The notes beneath the pieces were generated by a model. It was not told the DNA's origin and did no database searches. It saw only the letters and a program-made list of their open reading frames with translations. Positions 49,020 to 60,890 of a DNA stretch of 64,000 nt are shown piece by piece. Each line of letters starts with the position of its first letter. The first letter of the stretch is position 1. The position numbers and the translations under genes were made by a program. The DNA is from Ascidiella aspersa (Eukaryota): assembly GCA_963924565.1 (NCBI GenBank), contig OZ004608.1:34100001-34164000 (forward strand), given 5' to 3'.

Positions 49020-50979
49020 TGTGAAAAGAAGTCGTAAAATCAAATTGCGTGCTCTTCACTAAATTGCCCGTGCCCAACTTTTAAAATCAACTTAAAAAAA
49101 GCGTGTTTTGCGAACAATTTTCCACCATGACAGTTCGCGTGTCAAATGGAAGCCAACGCCGTAACTTGAATGTAACTAACAAGACAGGCCGCAAAAATCA
49201 TTAGCGCATAGCTCTGCTATGCTGTTGTACGTTGCAAGTGAAGCGTGCTGCGTCTGCCGCTAATGTCTTCCGCAGCTTGTCGCCAATGGTTTAGGGCCTT
49301 TGCTGACAGATCTAGGGCCACAGCCTCTTTAACACGTGGCTTCCTGATAACGGGGATCGCTAAACTGTTTCATAAAAGTTTCGAAAACTCAAGGTTGCGG
49401 CGAATCATAAGGACAACTATAAAATCGATGGCAGGCTGGTTTAAGGCAGACTTAGGCAACTATAGCTATTTCTAGTTTCCTAATTCCATGAATTAGCACA
49501 AAATGCGGCTTATTCCAATCTAATTTGTGAATTGCTTGAGTGCTTTAATTCTAGTTCTAATCTATTTCGGACTTTATAAAAATGCTTATTTGTCCAACGG
49601 CATTTTTATTCTCTTAGTCAAGTAAACATCGTCAAGTAAGGATTGACGTTCGCGGGCCGATTATAAAATTCGGATTCACCTTTTTGACTCAAAATATAAA
49701 CAAAACAAAAAACAGGCAAGATTTAATAAATGCTAATAAAAGTTTATACTGGACTTTCGAAAATTATCGTTTAGTTTAAACTTTTATGAGAATTTGAGAT
49801 TACGTTTTGCATCCGACCAATATTTCAGGTATTACAGAGTAATTTGGATATCTCGCTGGCTGAGAAATTAAACCACCGTGCTGTAGTTTTGTGAACATTA
49901 CCTGAGAGCTTTTGCGAAACTTAACCGCGATGACATTTAAAACTCCCTTCAAAACTCCCCCACCTTGAAAGCTTGGTTGCGTCTATTCGGAGCCTTGTAT
50001 ATAGTTGATATTTTACATTTCAAAAAGCATACATAACTGGCAAATAAGCTTAGTATGTGTTCCCCGAAAAAATCATGTCCTCCAACAGAACATATGATGC
50101 CGACGACAAAAGTTGTAAAAAAATGTTGTAGCTTGAGAAACTCACTGTTTCGAAGAAAAAACAGCCAGCGAGGTATTAAAATTTGTAATATAAAATATGC
50201 ATTTCGCCAAGTAAATTGCATCAGCAGTTTATCCTAATTCGATTGACAGGCCTTTTTATTTTATTACCAAATATTAACCCCTCGACTGTGAACAATTACG
50301 CATTTTTTGAAGTATTTAATTCATACTTTTGTGTTGCTTATTCAAATACTGATTCTTCGGGCAAACTATTGTCCGGATATTTGACAATCGTTTAGCTGTT
50401 TACTACACAAAATTCAAGGGTAACTGGTTTCAATTTATATTGTGAAACAATCGCACACGGTAGCTGTTTGCGCTGTCACGCCTTATTTGCTGTTACAAGT
50501 TGTTTCTTTGAAATATAACACCGTGCGCAAAAAAGGAATCCATCCGCAAATCAACGGGTCCAACGTATTTCCCAGGGTTAAGGGTTGAAACCTCATATCA
50601 TGCCTAAACATGTTACCAAATAGAAAATAAGGATGTTGAGCAAATATGAAGTACAAACAAATTTAAGCTGTGATGGCCAGGCAGTTGCATAGTTAATACA
50701 TTTTGTTTTACAAAATAAAAATGATATATTTTAAAGATTTTTCTACAGGTTTTATTTGCTCCATCACATTGTTTATCAATTAGTTTATTATTGTTTACTA
50801 AAAACAAAATATGTATTACAAAATAAAAACATTATTGTTTTTAACACTAATTGAACAATATTTTTTATTCTTTATTCAATATTTTGCCTCGATATTTTCA
50901 ATTGTACATTGTTAGTGTTTTGGAAATTGTTTAATTCTTATTAATTTATTGATAATTTAAAACCGATTTTTGTTCACAG

Positions 50980-51103
50980 CGCTGCAGCGATCGACTGAGC
51001 ACCCTGGCCAGTTGGGTCTTCGATACCTGGGGGGTCAAGGTGAGGGTCACAGAGGCCTGGGCGCCCGAGAACACCCACGAAGAGAATTCTCTGCATTACG
51101 AAG
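50980..51103 (+). CDS. hh: Hedgehog exon 2 (not in the ORF track)
   Basis: Acceptor ttttgttcacAG. Encodes RCSDRLSTLASWVFDTWGVKVRVTEAWAPENTHEENSLHYE(G), equivalent to Shh [43 protein letters not shown]. Donor G|GTGAGA, phase 1. Confidence 0.95.
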
Positions 51104-51358
51104 GTGAGAGGATACTGTTGTACTTTAAGTCCAAAGTCCAACAGTTAGACATGCTTTGGCTGTTTTTTCTTGGGTGTTAATATTAATTGGATAGCAACAA
51201 AGTGTATTTTTTACCAAGTAAATTTGCAGTAGCACATTAGGATTTATTTTTGGAAACAATTGCCTGTTCTATGCAGTGTTCATACCCCTGGGAACAACAA
51301 ATCGGCCACGGGTTATTTTATATTAAAACGCAATTGTAATTCCACTTAACACAAGTTA

Positions 51359-51457
<99 letters not shown>

Positions 51458-51915
51458 TTAGTTTTTTTTTCTAGACATTTACATACTCTTCTTAATGGTT
51501 TTTGTCTGCTGATTTTACGTTTATATATATAAACAAAAACAAGAATGAAAATAAATTTGCTGCGAAATCGTGTTTGTACATTACGTTTTGGACAGTATGC
51601 GTTACTCTGTATATAACTTGTGTGCAAAACCTGTTTAATTGGTTACATTCAAAGAGCTGTTAGCAATCGAATTAATCCGGCTTTTGGAATCACCCCGAAA
51701 ACAAAGTACAATTGCAGTAACCTAATACAATAATCAAATTCGTTTTGTTCTTTACCTGTCATATTTTAGCTGTTTTCGCAGCGCACTTAAGTTTTTACAG
51801 GCGAAGAATAAAACGATTGATGCCTTTTACATCCAAGTACAATTGGTCAATTAACTTAAGACTAACAAATATAATTAGTCAATTAACATACTAATACGTA
51901 CATATTTTTACACAG

Positions 51916-52050
51916 GAAGAGCAGTGGACTTAGACATGGCCGACGGCGATTCAGACAAGTATCCCATGCTGGCCGGAATGGCCCTGGAGGCCGGCTTTGA
52001 CTGGGTCTACTTCGAGGGTCCTAACCACATCCATTGTTCCGTGATATCAG
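51916..52050 (+). CDS. hh: Hedgehog exon 3
   Basis: Acceptor tttttacacAG. Encodes (G)[44 protein letters not shown]. Donor CAG|GTTCGA, phase 1, at the conserved intron position. Confidence 0.95.
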
Positions 52051-52168
52051 GTTCGAGGGTTTTTCAGATTAGGCTACTAAACCTTATAGACCATCCCGAG
52101 TGCTTTGAGTGTTTGTTTTCATTTGTTAAATGCTTTGGTGAGTTAGAATCTGATCAGTTTTCGTTGGT

Positions 52169-52250
52169 GGCGTTTTCTTATCGGCTTTGTAGGAGCGATC
52201 TCCCAACGCGTTTTCTTATCGGCTTTGTAGGAGCGATCTCTCAACGCGTT
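52169..52250. repeat. 38-bp tandem duplication
   Basis: GCGTTTTCTTATCGGCTTTGTAGGAGCGATCTC(C/T)CAAC x2. Confidence 0.85.
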
Positions 52251-52395
52251 TTAAGCAAACCTGGCAACCCGGCATGGTTGAAAAAAGGGTTAAATTTGTC
52301 CTATTCATAGTTCAGTTTGCGTTCAGCTGTGTTTTGCATAAAAAATGAGGGACTGGTTCTGTGCATATATTCTAATTTAAAGTCCCTATCTTTCA

Positions 52396-52811
52396 TTTTC
52401 GGTCTTTAAACCTATGGGTGGCGACCCTAAATTGAGATGCCGTTTAAGTTGGCTTGGGTCCCCGACCGCATAGTTCACATAGGCAGGTTTGTTGGGATTG
52501 ATTCTGAGCAAGATTACTCGAACATTTTGAAAGAACTGTGAGTGATATACGAAGACATTAGTTATATTTATTATTTTAATGATAAAGATTAAACTAAGTA
52601 CAGAACGAAGTAAACCAAAAATCAGTTTGTTCAAAAGTTACAGGATATACACATTTTGCTCTAATTAATTCGAAATTATTAATGCTGTTTGTCTTCTGTT
52701 TCACTCTCTTTCAAAATTTAGGTTAGGCGAATTGACTCGCCAAAGCTTCGTTGTTATAATATACGCGTAGGATTTGTCCGCCGCCACAAAAAAGGTTGAG
52801 AATAAACACTG
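52396..52811 (-). mobile_element. hAT MITE of the GCGACCCA family (degenerate)
   Basis: AAACCTATGGGTGGCGACCC ... CGCCACAAAAAAGGTTGAGAATAAACACTG. Confidence 0.6.
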
Positions 52812-54483
52812 GCTTAAAGTAAAGCTACAATCCGTTAACCATTAGCGAGAATGCTCCAGGCATCAAACCAACTCACTTTTGGCCGCAAAATCGACAAAAG
52901 ACACGTTCCAACTTCGCCGCAAGCCTAAAGTCGTTAACAAGCGTTACAAAGCAGGGACTACAGATCCAGGGGTGATGTTTGTCTATGGGGCAGGGACAAT
53001 GTGGGACGCCCTAGGCACGTCGGGGGCCTTTGGGGTCCGTTGGGGGCCGCGACTCGACGCGCGATCGCTCTGTTTTGAAAACAAACAAGCGTCGACCTTG
53101 CCGGCGCGACCTTTTGTGACGTCACAATGCGCTACTTAGGATCGCGCGCGAATCGACGAAATCCGAATGTTGCCGTTTCCGTGGGGCCACGAGGGGTTCG
53201 AAAAAGGGTGAAAAAGGGGCAAGGGAAAGTTATTTACTGGAATGCGGCGCTTTGGTGCGGTAATCGATTCGCGTCGGTTAATTGGTGGGGTTTGGGGTTC
53301 ACTTACCCAACGGGGGGGGGGGAGGGGTAACACGAGATGCCAAATTCCAACGATTTGGGCACTTTTATGTTCGTGATGAAAAGCGCTATTTTTATGTTTA
53401 AATTTAAGCACTGACATCATTTTACTACTGAGGAGTGACGAGTCGGTGTCGAACGCGCCCCCGACTTGGGGGTGTATTTTCGCAGGGGCTTGGGGCTTGG
53501 AGTGGGTAAGAGGGTAACACGCCCCAGTTTCAAGTGGACAAAAACCCATTTGTGAATAGTTGCATCGATGATTACGTGTTGTTGTTTTTCGCCCTTCGGA
53601 AAATCGCATTGTTCCTTGACATGGGGAGGGGTGTTACGAAAAAAGGGGGTTACTTAACCATTGGGTTATACAACATGGGATCACTTACCCATATGGGTGC
53701 GAAAAAACAGGCCACTTACCAATGTGGACGCGAAGTACAATTAAATTCCGCAGCTAAACCCTCAATGTTCCCACGGCCGGTGAAATAACGGCTTAGATAC
53801 CCGGCAGAGATGACCTTGTCTTTAACGAGCGAGCAAATATTTGGTTACGGCAAGTGGCGGCCAATAAGCCCTAGTTTTTTTCACGACCGTAGCGCTGTGA
53901 CCAAGCTAGGGTCTTAATGGGCTTGAATATGACGCTTATGTACGGCTATTCCCATTAAGCGCATATTTGAGTGTAGGGTCGGGCGCTGAATGGACCGTCG
54001 GGCGCCGCATTAGGACCTGGTCTGGGCGGCTTTGGGCGGTTTATTGCGTCATAGATAGAATGTCGTGCGGGGGAGCTCAAAGCATGACGTCATTGTCGCC
54101 TTTCTGTTTTTTGTGAAGTGCCCTTGAAAAAAACGCAATTTATCTCGTTCTTTTCTTGTGGGCGTTTTATTGAAGTTTGTGATTGTAAGTACAAGGGCGA
54201 AACTTAGCGATCGTTCAGATCTATATATTTTACAAGGATAACGACATTTTATTTTCTAAACAGAATTTAAAAATTATTTACCATATAAGTCTTAGCATCC
54301 ATGAAGTAGTAAAAACTGATCTTGGCACACATCTTATGAATACGATCAAACCTTATACTTAACGTGGAACTCGAAACCTTTTGGGGTTTATATTAGAAAC
54401 CTCATATATTTCTCTCCAACTATGCCTTAATCAGTATCACATTTTAAACAAATATTTTGTTAATAATAATCAAAAACAACTCC

Positions 54484-54646
54484 TCTGGTAATTGTAATCG
54501 TTAATCAACATTTAGGCAAACCTATGCAAATCGCGTTCTTGTGGGTGAATAACAACGAACTCTCGTAACGGTTGCCGAAACGTTGGTTACTAATTTTAAT
54601 TACCAGATGAATTTTTAGTTAATTAATAATATGCCTGGTAGCAACA
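54484..54646 (+). mobile_element. Degenerate Penelope-like hairpin element, family E
   Basis: Imperfect arms TCTGGTAATTGTAATCGTTAATCAACATTTAGGCAAACC / GGTTGCCGAAACGTTGGTTACTAATTTTAATTACCAGA contain the GAAACGTT 3' half of a hammerhead. A one-sided extension follows. Confidence 0.5.
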
Positions 54647-57600
54647 GTTTAAAAATATTTCATTCTTTCACATCTGCAAATATCACTAGCCGAACTGGTT
54701 TTTAGTAAGCCTGATCTCATGCTCTCGCAAGCTGGTACTCATGAGAAAACAGACGATAAATTTCAAAGCTTCTAAGGTGGCTAACAAACATCCATCAGGG
54801 GAATCGCAGAAGGGAAGTAGCGCATTCTGTGTGAGGATTTGTTTAGCTTCTAAGGTTGCAAGGTAACCAAATGCCCTTGTACTAAGCGACCCGATCACGG
54901 TGGGTTGGTGTTTGGTAACTGCGAATCATAAACAGACCCACATCCGTTCACATAAACGCCTGAACTGGTAATTCTAACGCTGAAGCAATGCAAAACATGC
55001 ATATGTATGAAGAAGATGTCGGGAAGTATTTAGGTCGAGTAGAATTTGCTCACAGTGGGGTTGCCACGTAGGTTGATATAAAGCATTCAACGAAACTCAT
55101 CAATGAAATAATGGAACACCGGGTGCTACCTTTAAGACGTTGTCCACTACTTCCCATTTACAAAAAATAAGAATAATAACTTCATAATTCTCGAATTTAC
55201 TTTAAAAAAGTACAATTTAAGAGTGTTATAGGTAATACAACTGAATAACTTTGGCTACTTTTATTGATTTTTTGCCAAAAGACTAACCATGTTGCAAAGC
55301 ATTGTTCGCAATCTGAACACTATATAGCTCACCCTATTCCGCATCAGAGAAAAAAAGTATTTTAGGTCAGGAGTCCCCAAATCCTGTTGGTTGGGCTTTA
55401 AATTGCAAGTTGTTCATGCAGTAAACAAAGCAACTTAACTACGTATAGTCTATTTAAGCCACTAAGGCTAAAAATTTAGTTTTTTTAATATACTCCCTAT
55501 GTGCAAAATTTGAAAAAAAAGTTGTCTAATGGTTAAAATCGGGGAAAAAACTATCGCTACCTTTCGAACGGTTGGTTGGGACAGTAATTTTCAAACGCGT
55601 TAACCTAACATCTCACACCCTGTGTTGCTGTTTGCTGCATACACAGTGTTTTGGCTGACGTTTCAGTAAAGGCCAGGTTCCAGCTAGTAACGCGACGGAA
55701 ATGAAGTATTCTGTCAGCGTGTTATTTCGCGTAACCCAATGTACTCCAGCCCGGCTCGCTAAGACCCTGTTACAACCATCAAACACCCGTGCCGCATTTA
55801 ACTTGCTATAGGCAAATGAACGTTTTTTTTTTATTTAACAATCTGTATTCCTAAGCGGTAATCAAGTGTTGTATGACACTTATGTCACTGTTTTGAAATT
55901 ACTTGACTTAAACATTTTCATGAAAAATTCTGTTCTTAAAGTAGGTTATTTGTCATAATTTTAGCACATAAAATGATTTACCTGCTATATGCTTCGCTTT
56001 TGTTATTTTTAGTTGAGTTATTGCTCATAATCGAACGAATTTACCAGTTTTTGGTAATTGTGTTTTTTTTTATGTAAAATGAATGAATTTGAAGTTGACT
56101 TGTTCTCATAAACGACTTTGGACCAGACTTGGGCAACTGATGACTTGAACTGGGACTTTTATGTGCTGGGACTTTAGTCATTTTTAATGACTTGCTTACA
56201 ACACTGCCAATCAAAGTACAAACAATACCGAGACTTCGTGATCGGTTAAGATTCAATGCAATCGACCTGTCATAGTCGTAAGCAGAACAGTGTTTGTTTA
56301 CCGGCCGAGACTCCATAGGATTCTTCCTTGGTACTTTTGCCGATCTCACCAACTCGTTGTTTGTTTAGCTATGTAAGCCACAGGCGTAAAAGAAACGCGA
56401 CCGTAAGTGTGTGTGTCAGGGGGGTGGGGGGTCTATTATTCGACGACGGACCCCAATTCAAAGCCCATTCGTGCCAAAGACACACAATGGAGATATATCC
56501 GGCAAAGATAGCAAATCGCAGTGTTAGAGTTTTCCCTTTGGTGCTGTCCGGGACACCTCTGATCTTACTGCTGTTCATCAAGGCTCTTGTAGTCATGTCT
56601 GCGCGATTTGAGTCGGGGTCTTAGCATTGTACAAACAAGTCGTCACCGCCGGGCAATTTGCGCCTAAGAAGCGATTTAACTATGTAGAGGATTAGCGTGT
56701 GAAGTTTATGGGAAACTAACAGCGATTTCAAGCGATGTGTACAGAGTCTAGCCGGGAGCGAATGAATAATAAGGAAAGTCCGGGCTAAGCTTCTAGTTGT
56801 TGTTTCTGCCCCTTTAGCCTTCCCTTTCTTGTGAGGGTTTGTCGCGGCGAGTTTTGGCGCACTTGAGTAGCTTGAACGTTCGGCGGCACGACAAAGTTTA
56901 AAAGTGAAACGACTGATGGCTGTTGTTGTGGTGACGATGATGTTGAAAGATGAATGTCTTTACGCTTTTGAGCGCCAAGTTTTTCAGCACCTATCGTTTC
57001 GCGACCATTTTAAAAGGAATCGGCTCCGTTTCTTTGGGTGATAAAAATGCCTTAGAATAGTAAGGATTTAGTGCAGCTACATAATACGTTGTTCATTGGA
57101 TTGGGAAATATGCTCCAAAAATACCGACTCCTCATATTTGAAGCCTGTGTGGAAGTGATTCACAGCTTTTCACATCAATGGGTATCTTAGCATTTTGGCT
57201 TTACATCCTAACTTTATACTTTTAAAGCGATGTAGGCTAAGAAATTTTAGTTCCTAGCCAAGAAATTTTAGTTCCTAGCCATCAGAAAAATTTCGTTTTC
57301 CAATAACTTCATAGTTACCTATAGCACCGCGCCAATATTCACGTTATAGTTGTCCTTTCCCAATAAATTGCTGATAGCACTAAGGTGACATCATGCTTGT
57401 GTTAAAAATGTTGTTGTTTAACAATGACGACTGGTAACCGATGTTGAGTCTATATTAAAATAATCGAAAATCTAAGGTTTCCTTTTAGGCCTATACAGCA
57501 CACTGTTTACAGTTAAATTAATTTCCTAAATCCCTGTCACCCTGTTTAAAGCAAACGTTGTGGTTACAAACAAAAAGTGCTTTGTCTACCAATATCGCCC

Positions 57601-58090
57601 TTATTTGCTATTTTAACCTTCTACCGCGTACCACATTACTAATTTTAACCTCATGCCGCATACCACATGACTGTAACCCACTATAGCACTTGTATACAGT
57701 TGGGGTAATTATCTTGTTTTTCCTCGGCAGTAAAACCCGCAGCTGTGCAAAGTAGGCGTGTTCAAGAAAAGGCACGTCATATGGTTGTGGCTTAAGTTAG
57801 AAACCAGTAGGGATTTAAAGCCTTCGGGAACAAATGAGCGGGATTTAGTTGGCTGACTTATGGCAGGCTGTTGGGGATTAGGTTTGGAAGCTGTGGGTTG
57901 TTTTGCCTTTCTGTGCTGAAGCTGCTTTGTTTAGCTTGATTTCTAGTCTTGCGTTGTGCAATAAAATTTGTGTCTTTCTAATCGAACATGGAATTTTTGT
58001 TTACACTATTCTATTATTCCAAAGTATTAAAACACACCATGTTTAGTAAATTATTGAATATTCAACATATACTCTGCTTTTGCTTTAGAT

Positions 58091-58447
58091 CAGTGATTCT
58101 CAACCTTTTTTATTTCGTGGCCCATTTTCGTTGCACAAAAATTATGTGGCCTAATAAATGTTTATGAAAAAAACAACTATGAAATAGGTTTAGAACAAAA
58201 AACAGCACAACATGTTTCAAAACAGATTATTTTTTTAACCGTGCATTAGTGAGATACTAGCTGCTGAACAATAAATTTTACCTTCCTTCTAAATTCCTTC
58301 CCAAGCCATTATTTCTGCAAAATGAAGTGTAGTGACTGACACAAATAAAACTTAATTCTTCATTAAATCTAGCTTGATAAAATTGGTCTGTGGCCCACTC
58401 AAAATGTTCCCATGTCTCACTAGTGACCCACTGGTTGAGAACCGCTG
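58091..58447. mobile_element. hAT MITE (GTGGCCCA family)
   Basis: TIRs CAGTGATTCTCAACC and GGTTGAGAACCGCTG. Perfect 8-bp TSD CTTTAGAT (58083-58090, 58448-58455). Confidence 0.9.
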
Positions 58448-59078
58448 CTTTAGATGCTTGGAGAAAGTTATTGCTTTGTGGTGCTAAAAAAACAGGGTTT
58501 TTTTGGTGCTAAAAACTCAAACAACTAGTTGTACATATTAATGCAATATAAATAGCATCGTTTAAAAAAACCTTTTGTCGGTTTGTGAGGTTGTTTTTTG
58601 TTGACTTGACCTATCTATAACGCTTCTTCAGGTTGTTTATATGGGCGTCGAAGTGTAACAATTAGAAATAACAATACGGTATAGCGGTAATGGTAACGGC
58701 TTTGGATGGCTGTGCAGTGTTTCTTAAACTATTAGGCAGGCAGCCAAACTTGCAGTAACATATATTGTGCTTAACCCCACTTTTAGCCCTCTCAACTTCA
58801 CAACCTGAGGCGTGTAAGACCATGTTCCCAACAAATACAACTCTTTACTCCGTTCAAATTCAACACGATTTTTTTTAAACTTGATGCTGTAATTTTGTTT
58901 TTTCACAACATGGATGGCGTAAGTCGTGTCCGAAAAAATGCAGCTCTTCACTCATACTATTGACATTTAGCAGGACTAACTTGACATTTTCTATTGTAAA
59001 TATATCAATGCAGATACTTTGATTACAAGCTGTTCATTATTGACAAGCAAAATAACCAAACCTCTATTTTCTGGACAG

Positions 59079-60049
59079 ATTCGTCAGACGCGGCCAGAGA
59101 GGGCGGGTGCTTCCCCGGCGACGCCCTGGTCCAGGTGCCCGGGGGCGGCCAGGTGCCGATGACGCAACTGCGCCCTGGTGATGACGTCATAACGGTCGAC
59201 GAGCAAGGGCGGACGGGAGTGGACACGGTGCTGACTTTCATGGACTGGCAGCCCGCTGAAATGAGGAACGATGACGATGGAGACGAGGGAATTGCGGAAA
59301 AGCGGATGCTGGTGGAAGTGCGGACCGCGGACGGTTTCGGCCTTCGACTCACGCCGAATCACTTGCTTTACGTTTCGAGTCGCCGCGAAAACGCTGAAAC
59401 GCGGAGTAAGCTAAATTCTGCGGAAAATGTTGAAACACGGAGAAGGCAAAATTCCGCGGAAACCGCTAAAACACGGAGTAGGCTAAATCCCGCGGAAAAC
59501 GCTAAAACATGGAGTAGGCAAAGTGCCGCGGAACAAGAAAACGAAAACAGGTGGAATCGACAAAATTCCGCGGAAAACGTGGAAACATGGAGCGGGCGCT
59601 TATCCTTTGGTCGCGGATGGAACGACAATATTCCGCATCTCACCACCCCTGTCGCAAGATTCGCCGGGAACACTCAACCCGGTCAATACGTTTACGTCAC
59701 AATGACCAACGCGAGCCGGCCCGACGGCGCCACCGTGCGGCCAAGTCGGGTGGTCAGCGTGCGCGCTATGACGTCATCAGCGGGGGCGTTTGCGCCGATG
59801 ACGCGCAGCGGCAAAATTGTGGTCGACGGGGTCGTGACGTCATGCTACGCGGCCTTCGAAAACGACGCGGTAAGCCACCTAGTGATGGCGCCGGTGCGCT
59901 GGTTCCACCTGGCCCGGTTAAGGGTCGGCGCCTGGATAGGGCTGCCCCGGCGCCAGAGGGACGTGGAACCGGGGATTTCCCTTTACGCTAGGTCCCTGTT
60001 TCACGTTGCGTCCAGCCTCCTGCCAAAGTCGATATTCAGGGGGGCGTGA
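59079..60049 (+). CDS. hh: Hedgehog exon 4 (end of Hh-N, G|CF autocleavage site, Hint domain and sterol-recognition region)
   Basis: Acceptor tattttctggacAG. Encodes (D)SSDAAREGG|CFPGDALVQVPGGGQVPMTQLRPGDDV...VLTFMD...LRLTPNHLLYV...FAGNTQPGQYVYV...GAFAPMTRSGKIVVDGVVTSCYA...HLVMAPVRW. Catalytic Cys at 59108; TxxH, Asp and SCYA are retained. Stop TGA 60047-60049. Confidence 0.97.
59384..59597 (+). repeat. Coding 36-bp (12-aa) tandem repeat, about 6 units, inside the Hint domain
   Basis: Units ENAETRSKLNSA / ENVETRRRQNSA / ETAKTRSRLNPA / ENAKTWSRQSAA / EQENENRWNRQNSA / ENVETWSGR. DNA unit CGCGGAAAACGCT(G/A)AAACACGGAGTAGGC(T/A)AAATTC. Confidence 0.9.
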
Positions 60050-60419
60050 CCCCCCCGAAAGTGGGGTTGTGGGTGAAGTTTGGAGTGACCCCGGATGGGG
60101 TCGTATCGTCACTGTAACGGGAACGCTTCGTGGTGGTAGAAAGCGTTTGGGGGCGCCGGGGGTTAAAGGGAAACCCCCTTGTCTCCCCCAACATAAATTT
60201 GCAGTAGTTTTTTTTTATATTTTCGCTTCTCTTCTTTTTGTTTATGTTCCTATCTTGCACAGCTCTATCGATTTTATACAGAATAATATTGTGGTTGTTG
60301 TCGTGCCTATCATTTGTATCGCGTGCTGTTTTTTTATTATTCCCTCTTTTCTATATACGCTTGTTTGTTTGTTTTTGATTTGTTCAGCACGTGAAATGGT
60401 ATTGGTAATATTGTTTCCC

Positions 60420-60422
<3 letters not shown>

Positions 60423-60453
<31 letters not shown>

Positions 60454-60458
60454 ATTAT
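60423..60458. repeat. (TAT)n microsatellite in the hh 3' UTR
   Basis: About 10 TAT units. Confidence 0.85.
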
Positions 60459-60884
60459 TCTTGAAACGGCGTTTTTGACGCTGTTCGTGACTCTTATATG
60501 TTCCTGTTATTGTTGTTGTCTTATTGTTGCTGTTTTTCTTGTTGTACGGGCCGCCGGGACTCCAAGCCGGTGGCAGACCTTGATTCCCTCCCGCTTGTTT
60601 TAATGCAGTCTTTTTCATGCAGAGTTCTTCATTTGTTTTGGCAAACTTCTTCACAAACCTTCTCCCGTTGTTTTCGTGCTCGAGCAAACCATGCGCATGT
60701 GCGCATGAGTGTGCGTGCGCGCGCTTCAACGAGCGAACTCAAAGTTCATTCGGCGTTGTGTGTCTTGTATTTGCAACCTATTCCCACGCAGCCTAATACC
60801 TTGATACTGATTTCCATTATACTAGTGGTGCACATCCTGAGGGCCGTAGATATAACTTATTCCACTGGGTCTTTTATAAATTAA

Positions 60885-60890
60885 AATAAA
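60885..60890 (+). terminator. Candidate hh polyadenylation signal AATAAA
   Basis: First AATAAA noticed after the stop codon, ~840 nt downstream and before the next gene. Confidence 0.5.

Noticed and set aside
59375-59646. Hint insertion as a remnant intein homing endonuclease
   Set aside because: It lies between blocks N3 and N4 rather than at the post-N4 endonuclease site, and is a simple repeat with no LAGLIDADG or HNH motif.
60006-60884. 152-, 130- and 128-aa ORFs overlapping the hh end; stop-codon readthrough
   Set aside because: The hydrophobic, poly-Tyr and poly-Asn content comes from the U-rich UTR and the (TAT)n repeat. In-frame readthrough of TGA-C would add only 8 codons.
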